From Klebsormidium nitens (lineage: Eukaryota; Plantae; Klebsormidiophyceae), in NCBI GenBank assembly GCA_000708835.1, contig DF237617.1:1-45313 (forward strand): 45,313 nt of DNA, read 5' to 3'. Below, one piece after another: positions 9,701-22,260 of the stretch. Made by a program: the position numbers and the translations under genes. The notes below the pieces were generated by a model. The model was not told the origin of the DNA, did not search any database, and was given only the letters and a program-made list of their open reading frames with translations. Each line of letters starts with the position of its first letter. Positions within the stretch are counted from its first letter, which is position 1.

Positions 9701-12352
9701 TGCGTGCCAGGTATTCGAGCCCCTGGTGGGTTACGATCGGTCGGTCAACCAGTCAAGGCTACGTTTAATCGCTCAAGCTACACCTGAGTCTTTCGAAGCT
9801 CGCGCACAGAGTAAGTGCTGTTGTGGGGGTCCAGAACTGAAAACTGTAGTCCGCGTTCTCCTTCCACGGGTTCTAACAGCTTCAACGGTCACCCGTCCTA
9901 AAAGACGATGCCGACAAGCACAGAGTAGCGAAAATTTCTCAATCGGCCTGTGACCCCTACCTCAATGCAAGGTTGTCCGAAAGAGAGTGTCTACGCTTTT
10001 TCGAGAGGTAGAAAATGTTTGGGAAGAGGCGACTGTATGCTACTTGTACGTTTGCACCTTACGAAGAGGATATTGAGGCCTCACCTTGAGCCATTTCCCC
10101 CCAACTTGCTCAGCAACAGTCGCAAACGTGCCCGTGTGCCATGCTGCCACGTTGGGGAGCACGCTTATCCCCACAAACGTTGGCAATGCGTAGCAGAGCG
10201 TCACCAGCGCAACGGTCACGCTCAACGCACGGGGGTAGGCTCGGGACGGGTCAGCAACCTCTGCAGCGCAGTTCCCAGAAGCGTCGAACCTGTGCACAAA
10301 TGCGAAAAGTGAGCGTCTCGATTGGATTGTCCTGATGAGGACGCGGGTCATACATAGCTGCAGGCCACTTTGGCTTCGAAATTCATGAAGAATCTCAAAA
10401 CTAGGAGCAAATGGGTGTCAATAGCTGGAACCGAACATCTTGAATATCGAAACATATCCGCCTGTAAAGCTTCCTCTTACAGGAGACAAGAAACGGTGCT
10501 CTTGCCACGACTTTGAAGCAACAACCTGCAGCCTAAGCCTCCTTCTACGACGAACCTCAGAGCAATTAGTAAAGCGATGCCTGGCTCACCCAGACAGGTT
10601 CCACAGGAGGACTGTGATGAGCCGCCCCCAGTTGATGGTGGTGGGGAAGGGATCCGCGAGCCATGCGAAATTGAGTTGAGGGAGCCCCGCCAGGATCATA
10701 ACTACGAAGGGGAGGAGCACCAGAACGCCAAAGATGACAGAAGCGGATCCCACAATGTCGACACCCCGGATGTTGAGCAGCGTGACCAGCATGACCACCC
10801 CAACCTTGGCCCCAATGGAGACGGATGTGGAGATGGACCCCGGAGAGAAGAGCGACTCTGAGAGGTAGTCGACAAACAGGACGGGGTACAGCGCGTTGTC
10901 CAGGACGCTGTCAGGAAGAAAGGGGAGCAGAAGGTTTGAAGATGTGTAAGACGACAACAGAAAGGGGGTCTGAGTCAAAGGAGTACCAGCAGTTGCTGCC
11001 TTCCCAAAGTTTGACGTATGAGATTCGAAGACCAGGATTTGGGAACCGGGACTAAAGCCCAGGATCTCTTGACCTGGAAGTTCGTCGTCAGATTGTGAGG
11101 CATCTGCAAATTATGCTCTGGAGAGCCATCTATGCTGGCTGTTCCGACAAGAGGGAGCTGCTTTTTCCATCGACCTTCTTACAATGCTGCGAGAAGTTTT
11201 TGAAGTGGCAGTTGAATTCGAGAAAAGTATTGGTACAGAAACCATGATATGCTGAGCACAGCACTGACAGTTCCTTTATGTAGCAATTTTGCTGAGGCAA
11301 AACGCGCCTGCGCCAGACGGGGTATGGTCTTTTATGTTGCTCAAAGTATCATCGATCAGATGATTATGAAGATCCCTCATGCTGCATCTTTTGCATCCAA
11401 TAAAAAACACACTCCAGAAAATAAGCATGAACGACCTGCTCACCTGTAGAAGAATGCATAGCAGCTGTTGACAAAGCTCCAGAAAGGACCAAAGGCGCGG
11501 TACACCCAAAGCACGTGGCCTCCAGACTCTGGGATCATGCACGCTAGCTCTGCGGTCATGAAGGCCAGTGGAGCGCACCACATGAATGGCAGGACTAGCA
11601 ACCCTAGAAAGACCAGCAGGGCGCCCCCAGCGCCGACGCTGTCCTCCAACCCATACGGACCCTGCAATTTGGCACGGTGCAGACAGAGATAAGAGCATGT
11701 CGACCAATTTGTTCTGACAATTTCGAATCAGATTGCTCCAAGCTGCATGAATGATGTTGCATACTTGTAATCCTAGCAGGCATTCACGTTGTGTCCATTT
11801 AAGGAGCTCATTTTCCTGATCTGCAGAAAGAAAGGAAGGTTCATGTCCTTCTCATTCCAATGTGTCTCCCTCAGCAATAAGGCAATGTCAACAATCGCAA
11901 TATGACAATGCTTCATCTGACAAGGTTAGACCACCTACCCCAGCAACTGCGAAGAAGGTTATTCCTGTAAGCTGCAGCGTTGTCAGCAGATGCGTTTTGC
12001 TGATGAGGCCTCCGGCAATTGCCAGGCTTGGGCCTTGATCTCCTTTCAGGGGGGTGATTGGCCTGCTCTGATACTCATCCTGCAGCGCTCCCAGGGGCCC
12101 TAGGTGCATGTGACTACTTCTGCGAGAGCCACCCTGCGGTATGCTCTGGGTGAAGCTGCCCTGCCTGCTGCCTAAAGACAGCGGTCCTGACTCCTGCCGG
12201 AAGCTGCTTCGTCTGCTCCAGTTGTGAGCACCCCTGCGCTCAGAGCTGTTCTGTCGGCTCAGGCCAGGCACGTTTTCTTGCGCAGAAGATGAGGGGGCAC
12301 TTTCAGCAACTTCCACAGGCTCCTGCAGGCGCTCATAAGCTGGACCCCCCAT
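6723..12352 (-). CDS. APC-superfamily amino acid/polyamine permease (plant PUT/LAT-like), 10 exons
   Basis: Exons 11939-12352, 11444-11661, 10590-10907, 10085-10289, 9301-9402, 8993-9109, 8548-8671, 8217-8297, 7480-7674, 6723-7123, all GT-AG and in phase. Motifs: FFAVAGGPYGLED, AELACMIPESGG, DNALYPVLF, LWNLSGFD, EVADPSRAYPRAL, HPRYNTPWAAI, LRFSEEDAFRPY. Confidence 0.9.
7634..7935. repeat. ~154-bp tandem duplication spanning the intron 8 acceptor and the start of exon 9 of the permease
   Basis: 7634-7787 aligns with 7788-7935. The transcript-upstream copy has the acceptor AG changed to TG and a 1-nt deletion. Confidence 0.85.
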
Positions 12353-13325
12353 GCTGACCCCAGCTGGTATACCTTGTCCCCGTCCTGAGACCCGCGCTTC
12401 GTTTTTACATTCCTCGCTAAGGGCTTGCTAAGTTGCCGCAGATGACAAGCCTAGGATGGCAGCAGCATGTAAAGTTTGAGCTGAAAGGGAGCTCTAGCAT
12501 TGGGCAAGTCTCTGACAGGCGCAGACGTTTCCCTTCCTGCATTGATGATTTGGCTCCCCCTACTTATGCTCAACAAGTGGAGGAAAGCGCTATGAAAGAT
12601 GAAACAAGAGTGCTGATCAACATCAACATGTTGACACATTATGCACGCAGCTTATCTATGTAGTCTGAAGATAAAACTTAACAATACAGGCTACAGTTGC
12701 AAGTAGTTATGTGCACAAGGAGAGCACAAAGTCGTGCAGTACAAATGCACCAGACAGCTCAGCTGCATATTGCTGCAAATGCTGCGGCTGTAGTCTTAAA
12801 GTTAGCGTGTTTTGGATGTGAGGGCAGTCTGCGGTGGACTTGCATCGAAAAATGTCCGACGGCATCCTGCTCTGCTCCTCAAAACCGTTGATACAATCTT
12901 CTATCCTGGATCCAACGGTGCAAGTGACACATGCATCAGAATGTGCGCGCATCGCAAACGTCCTGAGGGCTCGTGGTAATGGTCAAATGATAATGGTCAC
13001 TGGCCGGGCCGATGCAAGGAAGAAAGGGCGCGCGCCGCGCTCTGCAGGCTGGCTGCAGCTTTGTCTGTCACCAAAGCTGTCTTGCAAAAGCAGGAGCCGC
13101 AGATTGTGAACAGAGGCCGCCACAAGAGTGCTCTGTCATCTGGGCAGATGAGAAGTCGACATCTGACGGTAGCTTTGTAACTCCTTGTGAGACTCACATA
13201 CTTGCTGGAATCAGGCGCAGGCACGAGGGAGTCAAGGTTTCACTTGTCCCATAGCAGCGGCATCAATTGCCGGTACTCTTGGTGCGGGCGTTTTCTGAAA
13301 GTGTCCAGGCCTATCCTGTACAACC

Positions 13326-15582
13326 ATGAGGAAGCTCAAATTTCACGAGCAGAAGCTGCTGAAGAAAGTCGACTTTTTGCAATGGAAGAACGAGCACAAC
13401 CTTCGAGAAGTGCAGGCCATGCGGCAGTACCACATCACCGACCGGGACGATTACAAAAAGTGAGTCCTGAGAATCTGACGGGAGTTTCTTGTGATGCTAC
13501 TGGTGGTGGTATTGTTCGCAGACTGAACATGTTGGCCCACGTTGCGGCCTTTGGATGGGTATGATGGGCATCTTGGCGGTTGGCAGACTTGGAAGGGAGG
13601 TTCTTTGGGCAGGAGCTTGGCCCAGTTCCTGTGTTCGATGGTTGAGAGCATCGGCTATTCTCCTTCGAAATGATGTAGCTTGCACATCCTTCTGCAACAA
13701 AGTGGACACCAGATATGAGAGAATCTACAGACTGCTCGTTTTTAAAAGAATGTAATCAACTAACAACATCGAGGTGGCATGTTGCCTTCACTTATGTAAC
13801 TTCAGTTGTGAGCAGTGGTTCGTGATATACTCCCCAAGGATCTTGCACAACCTTCCAAGTAGAGGTAGTTTGTAAGATGGCGAGGAGGTACTTTTGCACT
13901 CTCTACATCAGTACCAGGGTGGTAGATTGAGCGGTCAGGCACTCCTGTTCAGACTAGGCTGGAGTTACCAAGTTTTCGCAGGCCTTCGGAGGGTTACTCG
14001 AGAGGGAATCACAACTGTCCTTTTTGCCGGTCATTCGTCTTACTTGCGGCACAAACTTTGAGTTGGGACCTACCGCGCGCTTGCTTGGAATCGCCGTTTA
14101 GCTTAATGCGCCTCGTTGGTGACCGGTTTAGGAGAAAGCTTTTTCTCCGCTTGCTCCAACGCTGCCATTCATGCCATTCTGTGTCACGGTCAACCTGATC
14201 TTCGCTTAGATCTAGGGGGAAATTATAGTACCACAAATAAAGGTACTGGAGATCGGACTGTCCATCGGTCCTTTTGTGCAGGTACAACAAACTCTGCGGG
14301 ATGGTCACCAAGCTGACCAGCATCTTGAAGAAGCTAGACCCACAAGATCCATTCAGGATCGAGCTCACTGATCAGCTGCTCGAGAAACTGTAAGTCGATG
14401 CTCTCTTCTCATCAAGGCGAGGTGCAAAAGCTCGTCCTTCGTTTTCGGCACAGAGAAAAACACGGCAGCATCTGTGCCGTTTGAGTCTCGAACCCGCTTC
14501 TTTGTAACCAGGGGGGATGGCATGATCGCGCCACAGCTTTTGAATTGTGTCTTCAGCCCGAATATGGAGGTTTGTTCCTCGCATCACTAAACATTTCCTT
14601 TCTTTCACTGCAGGTACAATATGGGCGTCATTCCGACCCGGAAAAGCCTTGCGTTATGTGATAAGCTTTCAACCTCCTCTTTCTGCCGGTAAGTCAGACC
14701 CGGACGTATCAGTCAAAAATAAGCTGGTGCGATGGTTCGTTGTGCAATCACTTGTGCAGGTTTGTAGCGCGTTCTGTGATATAGTCGTTTCAAAGTTATT
14801 GTTCGAGCCCTGCTACAGTTTTTCCTTGGCTCTGGAAATAGGCCTTACTCACACTAGCCCGTCGGTTCATGTAGATTTTCAATCTCACACAGCGTTCACA
14901 GGTTGTTTTCTAAATGAATATTTTTATTTGGCCTATGACACGATTCCTAGCAGCAAATGTTGTTTTCTCATCATTTTCTGTTTTCAGGCGCCGACTGGCG
15001 GTCATGCTCGTCCGGCTGAAATTTGCGGAGACGATGCGGGAGGCGGTGACTTTTGTGGAGCAAGGACGTAAGGGTCGCTTTTCCAGAAACGGCGGATGTC
15101 TTTCAGCATTCTGCGGACCGTGTCAGCACCAATTGGTGCCCTGACAGCAGTTCACTTTTGCCGTATGCATGATCAAGCATTGTGCATGGTTCTATGGTGG
15201 GCAAAGCTGGGGTTACGGTACATTCACTTCTCGACTGTTCAGGATTACGAAGGATGTCGAGTCTTTCTCTCAGCGAAATGTCCGAAAATATTTCTATGAC
15301 AGCGGTGCCGCTCTTTAGTAGCACTGATGAAACCGATCTATTGCAATCTCGGAAGGGTACCTCTGTGAGAAATTTGGCTGCAAACCAGGCCTGTTTCATT
15401 GCTCATTGTAGCTCTGCTATCACGTTGCAGATATTCGGGTGGGTCCAGAGACTGTGACCGATCCCGCGTTCTTGGTGGTAAGAAACATGGAGGACTTCGT
15501 AACCTGGGTAGATACCTCCAAGATCAAGCGGAAGGTGCTCAAGTATAACGACAAGTTGGACGATTACGATCTACTAGGATAG
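13326..15582 (+). CDS. IMP3: U3 snoRNP protein IMP3 (ribosomal S4 family)
   Basis: Exons 13326-13459, 14282-14389, 14614-14688, 14988-15067, 15431-15582. The product reads [18 protein letters not shown]...[15 protein letters not shown]...[15 protein letters not shown]...[25 protein letters not shown]. Confidence 0.97.
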
Positions 15583-16599
15583 ACCATTCGAGCGGATTCC
15601 AAGAAAAAACGGAGAGTAGCTCACTTAGTGAGCTGTTGTGTAACGCCTCAGTTGCGGAGTCAGGGAGGCTGTATCGGAGTCCTTGCTGAGACATCGCTAG
15701 CTGCATACAAGCTGTGTATGGCGGCTTTGTAAGGTTTAGTCTATAAAAGGAGTCACCTTTTCTGGTTGAGGAGCCCTTGACCCAACTCGATCAAAAGCGC
15801 AAGCCGGTTGTTGAAAATGCTATGTGGCGCTTGCCCAAATCTGTTTCTTGTATAGAGCTAACAAATCTGTAAGAAGCCCATGCACTCAGTGCATGCGCGG
15901 AGACTTGAACTTAAAGTGTACTTTCAACAATCATGCATGGCTGTCACAGTGTGCTCTCAATCATTTGCATTGACTCAGCGCACGCACGCCGATTTGAGGT
16001 TAGGTAGGAGTAATCTCATCAACGGCTGTGCTGTCGATGTATTAAAGCAATCGACAACGTGATCATCCTTTGATGATTCCGCGCGACGAAACAGATTATA
16101 TTGCACAAACCACTTCTGACGCACACCGTGTGCCCGTGCTGCTCATGAGTATGTAGTTTCTCACAGCGGCTTCGGACCAGATGTGCTCAAGCGAGGAAAC
16201 ACCACAAGGGTCCCGCCAAAGGCTATTTACTGGACTTCATAGCTTGCGGCCACTAGCTTGGTAAAGTGGTGCACCTTGAGTATCTCAAGAAACCATGTCC
16301 GATGCAAAAGGCCAGCTTGAGATGCATTCAAATCGACATCATTACGTCTCGTGGTTCGGGCACTTGTACAGCTGTCCAAGTTCCTACCAGCGCAACACTA
16401 TCCGATGCCAGCCCCCGATCGAAAAGCCTGTTCCTACACCCTCTATACCAAGAAGGACAAATTGCCTTCAGACCAACCATAGATTGTCTCAGAAGCATAC
16501 ATTTGTGATCCTAGCACTGGCGCCGAGGCCGATTGATTCGATACATATCACCTCAACCCACCTCTGTGTTGAGCACTTCTCTGGCTAGCACCACGTAAT

Positions 16600-19500
16600 T
16601 CATGCGACACAGGTCTTCTTGTGCTCCTTCCAATCAGCCCGCTGACAATCTGCGCTGCAGTACCGTGCGCTCCTGCAAACAGAGGGCGGCCAACCAATAA
16701 ACTCTCAATTGCCTTTCGAAAGGATCATGAGCCCCTGGAACAGAGGCCGGTCGCCAATGTTTCAAACGCTTTTCTTACTTACGTCCAGAGCACTTCTGCA
16801 TCCCCGCACTTTAACATCTGAACACGACTCACCTTTCATCAATCTTTCTCAACTAGGAGCGCCTGGAAAAGCAGGAATCTTCTCAAGTAGCAGCAAATCA
16901 ACGCGGGAAAACTTCAAAGCAGTGTTTTGGACTTACTTGCAGCGCGAGCAACGCTTCAGCTCCCCCGGCATCTTCAGCGCCCCGCACTGGTCGCACGGGA
17001 GCTGCACTCCGGCCTCAAAGTGGACGAACCCGTGTACCACGCTCTCTGGCACGAGGTCCCCGGGGGAAACCAACCCGCTCGCAATGAAGCGACGGAGCAG
17101 ATCCGCAGCCTGGGAACAAGCAGTATTGAAGTCGGGTTAAGATAGCGCATACAAACTGAGTCGATTCCAAGAATGGGGGACGGGTGAGGTTAGAGTGGGT
17201 ATGAGTGCGGAGCGGGTGAGGTTAATTCTAGAGTTTTAGTCAAGAACGTTCCCGATTCTGAAATATTATCTCGACCTGGCTTAAATCGACCCCAAAATGG
17301 AGACTTACCTGGGAGCGGACGTCCGGGGCCTGGTTTCCCGACGCAAGCCTGGCGAGAGTGGACACGACTGGCGAGGGGAGACGGCCCGGAGGGAAGGCTT
17401 CCAGGGAGAGGAGGGAGAGGAAGAAGTCCGGAAGCAACTGTCGGGAGAGACGAGAAACGGGTCAGAAGGAACTTGCGAGGATGGCAACGGAAAGCTGGAC
17501 GACTGTCGGGCTGGAAGCGCAGATCACCGATCGAGATTTGCTAACCGGTAAGCGGTAGAGGAGCTTAACGCAAGCTGAAAGGGAGAAGGAATTGGTGAGT
17601 CGAAAAGAATCGGTGATTCGAAGTAAAATCAACATAACGTCAGTAGGCCCAATCTCTTAGGGCAGCGAATAGGATTTTAAAGCGTTCTCAAAATTCACCG
17701 ATAGGGGTAAGTTGAGGGGCCTGATAACACTGCTTCCTCAAAATGCTCATTGAAAAGCTGGACCAGACTGAGTTCCCACCTTAGAAGCAGAAGAGGAGAG
17801 TGAAATCTTGGCAGGGCCTAGGAGAATGCATACGGTACCCGACATTGGGATCCCACAAGGTAAGAGGGCAGAAAACTTTGAAATGCAAGAAAGCCGGGGG
17901 GCAATAGGTTTGGTAGATGCACTAACGTCTACTTCTTGAAACCCTGTGGGCCCAGGAATCACCGCGAATCTGGGGGCGTGGTCGACGAACCGTGCGACCG
18001 TGGCGAGCAGGCCCTCCTGACGGGCGAGATCGGCAGCGAGGGCCTTGTCTTCAGGCCTGTATGATGTAGAGTCATCAGAGAACTTTTGCCGTCCCTATTT
18101 TGTGAACTCTGTGCATGACTTCATGAATATCGGTCAGTGATCTTACGAAGTCGTGCTCCTTTTACCGGAAGAGTTACGAAACTGACTTGCAAAGATTGCA
18201 AGCCGGGTCCTTGAAGCTTCGTTAAAGTAACAAAGTGGCCCGTAAATGTGAAATCACGTACCTGTCGTTGTTCACCAGTCTCTTGGCGATCATGAGCGCC
18301 GAATGACCAGAGGCGATTTCGTAGTCCCAGTGGATCATAAGCCACGACAGGATTGTTGCGAATTCTGGACGAGATTCAAGAGTTGGGTTAGAATGCGGCG
18401 AACTGGTGAGGTGGTCTGGATGCCCCGCAAGGAACCGCGCCAAGAATCTATTCAGAGTTCACTTGTCGGCAAGAATAAACTGGCTAGTTCTGCATTCATA
18501 GTGTCGGTCTTGAACTTACTGTTACACTTTCAAGAAGTCAACAATTTTGGGATCCCTCTGTCATCAGATAGTAAGAAGGCCGAGGCACTTGTACAGAGAA
18601 AATCATCCTTCCAGCGCTCAAAAATGCCGACGCGTCTTTGGGCACGTCGCAGGGATCCGACGAGAGTCAGGTAACAATTCTCCCCGCTATCGCACCAAAG
18701 TCAGGAAGGCCTGCTATTCTGATTGGTCTGTCATCATGAACCTTGAATCTTCGAGCAACTAACAAAAAAATGCGCTATGCATTGGTCATAGCTTGTATTT
18801 TGCACCATCTTTAAACAGTCAAGAGCGGTTCTCAAACGAAAGTAGATGGCTCTGGGTTGAACGTCCTTTTTGGGAAACAATCAGAGCAAAATAAGATTTG
18901 CTCTTTCAGTTAACGAGGATGAGCGCACAAGGTACGGATCTCAGCTCGTTGAGGAACATCTCTTGCTCGTTGGAGATGTTGGCCAGAACGGTAGTCAGGT
19001 TTCCCAGCATCTTGCCGAAGTCGATGAGGCGCGCATCGCGCGGGACGTCATCCGCGCGCTCGGTCAATTGCGCGAGCACGCACACCAGCTTCCGGACCGC
19101 GCCTCCCTTGATCAGGGCCTCGATTGTCTGCTGCTTCTCGCCTGGAACAAACTGTCTGTATCAGTCGTTTGTGACATGCGTGCCAGACTTTGACCACACT
19201 TCGTTTGAGTTGAGATCTCCGCAGACGCTTGTTCGATGGTGCTGTTATTGCTACCATATCTGTGCGCTGAATGGACCGACGGTTGGTTCAACCCTTTTGA
19301 AAGGTGAGAGGCATGACAAGTGACGTTCAGGTTGGGAAATCTAGCTCAGATTATGAGGCGCAAGTAAGTGACGACGACAATCTTCGAAGCCCCAGAATCT
19401 GCAAGTGCCTTTCATTTTCTCAGAGGAAACCTGACAAGAATGCATGGATTGAGACTATCCCGACGAAGTGTGACAAAGCTTATGAATAATCTGAAGCGCA

Positions 19501-20978
19501 AGATGAAGCGAGACACGTAACTCTCTCTCTTTTTTCCCTCAATTCCATGCACAACCCTGCCAGTCAAAGGATTCTACAAGATCGTTGTTTGCGTAGAATA
19601 ATGTGACTGTCTTTTTCAATCTGTTCAAAAGAAATACTGAGTGGAAAAGATTACTACGTTTGAGATCCTACCAGAGAGTTGGCCAGCCAGGGTATCTTGG
19701 CCGCTGTACGTCGCGCGCCATGCAAAATCCGGCTCCACCAGATTGCTGAAGAGCCTGACAGTCCATCCGGGCAGGTTGACATCCATCGGACTAAGCAGAT
19801 CGTCTAGAGTGAACGCCGAAGCGACAAACTTGGCAATTAGCGGCTTCAGCGCATCTCTCTCTTGGAACCTTCTGACATAGACAAGTCCTCCATCTCCCAG
19901 GAAGATGGACAGCGTCTGCAGAGCCTGTGGAAAGGATGAAACAAGTCTCGATCTAAGCAAGACACAACTCTAACTTACATTTGCTTCTTTACTTTCTTGG
20001 TCATCTTAGAGCTGTTTGAAACTGGAAGACACTCGCAGGCAAACCAGAGATAGAAAGAACAGGACGAATATCGAAGTTTGAGAATGAGGGTTGCTTCAAT
20101 GATTATGACAATATCTGGTGAACGAAAGAGAAGACATCAACTCTTGCATATATATGCGACAGTGCTTTTGCTCAAAGGTATAAGAGAGAATACTACGGCA
20201 GAGGAAACGGATTTCAGAAACAAATGCCCTTTGTTCATCTCATGCTTAGCAGTCAAAAAATTGATATAATAAAGTGTTACAATCAGTATAGGCAAGCTGG
20301 ATAACCACACAATAGCTATTATTTGTTGATTCTCTCTACCTGCGAGCACTTCAAGTTGACCTAGATTCCTGAGTCACTCTGCTTTTCACAATTTCTAATC
20401 AGTGCCAAATCTTCCTAAGAAAAGCTGCTTGCAACAACCAATCTCACCTCCAGATTCTCCGGTTGTTTTTTCGCAATGTCAATAGCCGCGTCCATAAATC
20501 CAAGCCCCAACGCTTCAGGAAACATCCCCGTGCGGAGCTGGCCGCCAGAAGTCATGGCTGCTAGGCCACTCCTCACCATGGCAGTATGCATCGCTTTCTC
20601 TGAGTGAAGATGCTTCACCAACAGCATAAATTGCTGCACAAACTCTCGCATGCCTTCAGGCACGTCATCATCCCCCAGACCGACCTTCATCCCGGTGGAA
20701 ATGATGAAAAGAACCTTCTCGAGCTCTTCTGGTGACAGGTCCTTCAGAGCAACACGTTGATCCAGAATCTTCAAACAGCGTGGAATGTCATAGGTAGTGC
20801 AAGAATCGGAGGGCATAACCATGGGAGGCACAGCGACTGTCCTAGCTGACGTTGCAGCGCGGACAACCGCTTCTTTGGCATGCTGGAGAGCTCTGACACG
20901 AATTGCCTCGAGGCCTTCATTGATCTTCTCTGTTGTCCTCTGCACATTGATTTGTTCTTTGGGAGGTGGCGCTTCCAT
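16600..20978 (-). CDS. MYND zinc-finger protein, tandem copy A (8 exons; predicted TAA at the exon 3/4 junction)
   Basis: Exons 20448-20978, 19672-19924, 18929-19141, 18262-18364, 17927-18056, 17309-17437, 16937-17109, 16600-16672. C-terminus CDQCGALKMPGELKRCSRCKSARYCSADCQRADWKEHKKTC is a MYND finger. Splicing at the paralogous site gives CCT T|AA. Confidence 0.8.
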
Positions 20979-22260
20979 CTTCTTTTGTGGATCAAACTGA
21001 GGTTCTTGAGAGCGGAGAGATCGATTTGGATGGGTAACTTTGAAAAGGTTTGCATACAAGGCGCCTCGTGATTCAGGTCCTATTGACACAAGGTGACGCA
21101 GGATGCGCATGCCAAAATGCCCCGCCGAAAAGCAGAATGCTCGCCTTGCTCCCACTTGCCCCTGTCTAAGAATTCGAAAGAGTTCATGCATGAACTGTCG
21201 AAGACTGATTTGATTTTGGGGCTCTCGGGCTGAAGACAAAGGTAGCTTGACGACCGGGGTGCACTTTCCGGGCAGGTTTCAAGCCCGGAGTCAGCTTTCT
21301 GGCTTTATATCTTCAGGCCCCGGCGCGCCGGTACCCGGTTACATTCACGATGGTCATTTGAGTGCTCGGGACGATTGACCATCGCAGACTTTCTGCTGCT
21401 CATAGAACGTCATCCTGACGAACTTGCGAGGAATCGACGTTCGAAGTGCTAGAAACTCTCCTCGACGAAGCAAACAACATTTGATTCGGCCCTTGCACTG
21501 GTTTGTGTGAGAGAGGACACAAGAAGCGCACTAGCTGCAAGCTTTCGACCTCACTGCACTGGATTCGGCTTCGCTGGGTTGACTCAAACTGGCGACACGC
21601 CGTGACCGATTGCAGCTCTGAATGGAGTCAGAATCATGAAGCTTATTGTAGCATAAACATCCAGCTCGACTAAGTCATCTGGTCCCCGTCATGTCATAGA
21701 CACACAGATAGACCAACTGCTGAGCGGGAGCCGGTCGCACTTGAATACATGTCGTGCAACGCACATCGACTGTTGCATGCCCACGCAAGGCTCAAGCAAC
21801 CACATTAGCACGTGATCCATAGTTGCTTATAGCGAAGATCCTTGATTTAAGAATTAAAGCACAACATTCAACTTAAATACATTCTATGAAATGGCCATGG
21901 CTTTTCATTCGAGTCACACTGCTTGCAGGCAGCGTGTAGGTCAATCAGGAAGGTGTCGCTTGGCAAGAAAGGAACCGAGATATGGTGCCTGATGCTGGAG
22001 TCTACAGTCCCTCCTGTGGCTCAAGAAACCCTCACTTCGATTCGAGACCAGATAATCCGATGACAGCGCCTGACGGAAAAGACTCACTTTAAAACCCCTG
22101 TATTCGGACCAGCTCAAAGTGCCTAGCTCAAAACAGCCGTAGCGTGTTTTGCAAGGCATGTTATCGAAGGTCTCGACTGACGTCGAGGGATCGTTATTAC
22201 ACTTATAGTACCGCAGAGAAGCCTTCAATCCAGCAGAAATCCTCTCGGCTGGTGCTACAT

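Noticed and set aside
937-12352. Functional nucleoside-salvage cluster (hydrolase + permease)
   Set aside because: The permease is PUT/LAT-like (polyamine/amino acid), not a nucleobase or nucleoside transporter. The convergent adjacency is probably coincidental.
20979-21239. N-terminal extensions of the MYND genes (ORF-track starts 21239 and 32908)
   Set aside because: In copy B the homologous upstream sequence is in a different frame. All three copies share AAG-ATG-GAA-GCG, so that ATG is the likely start.
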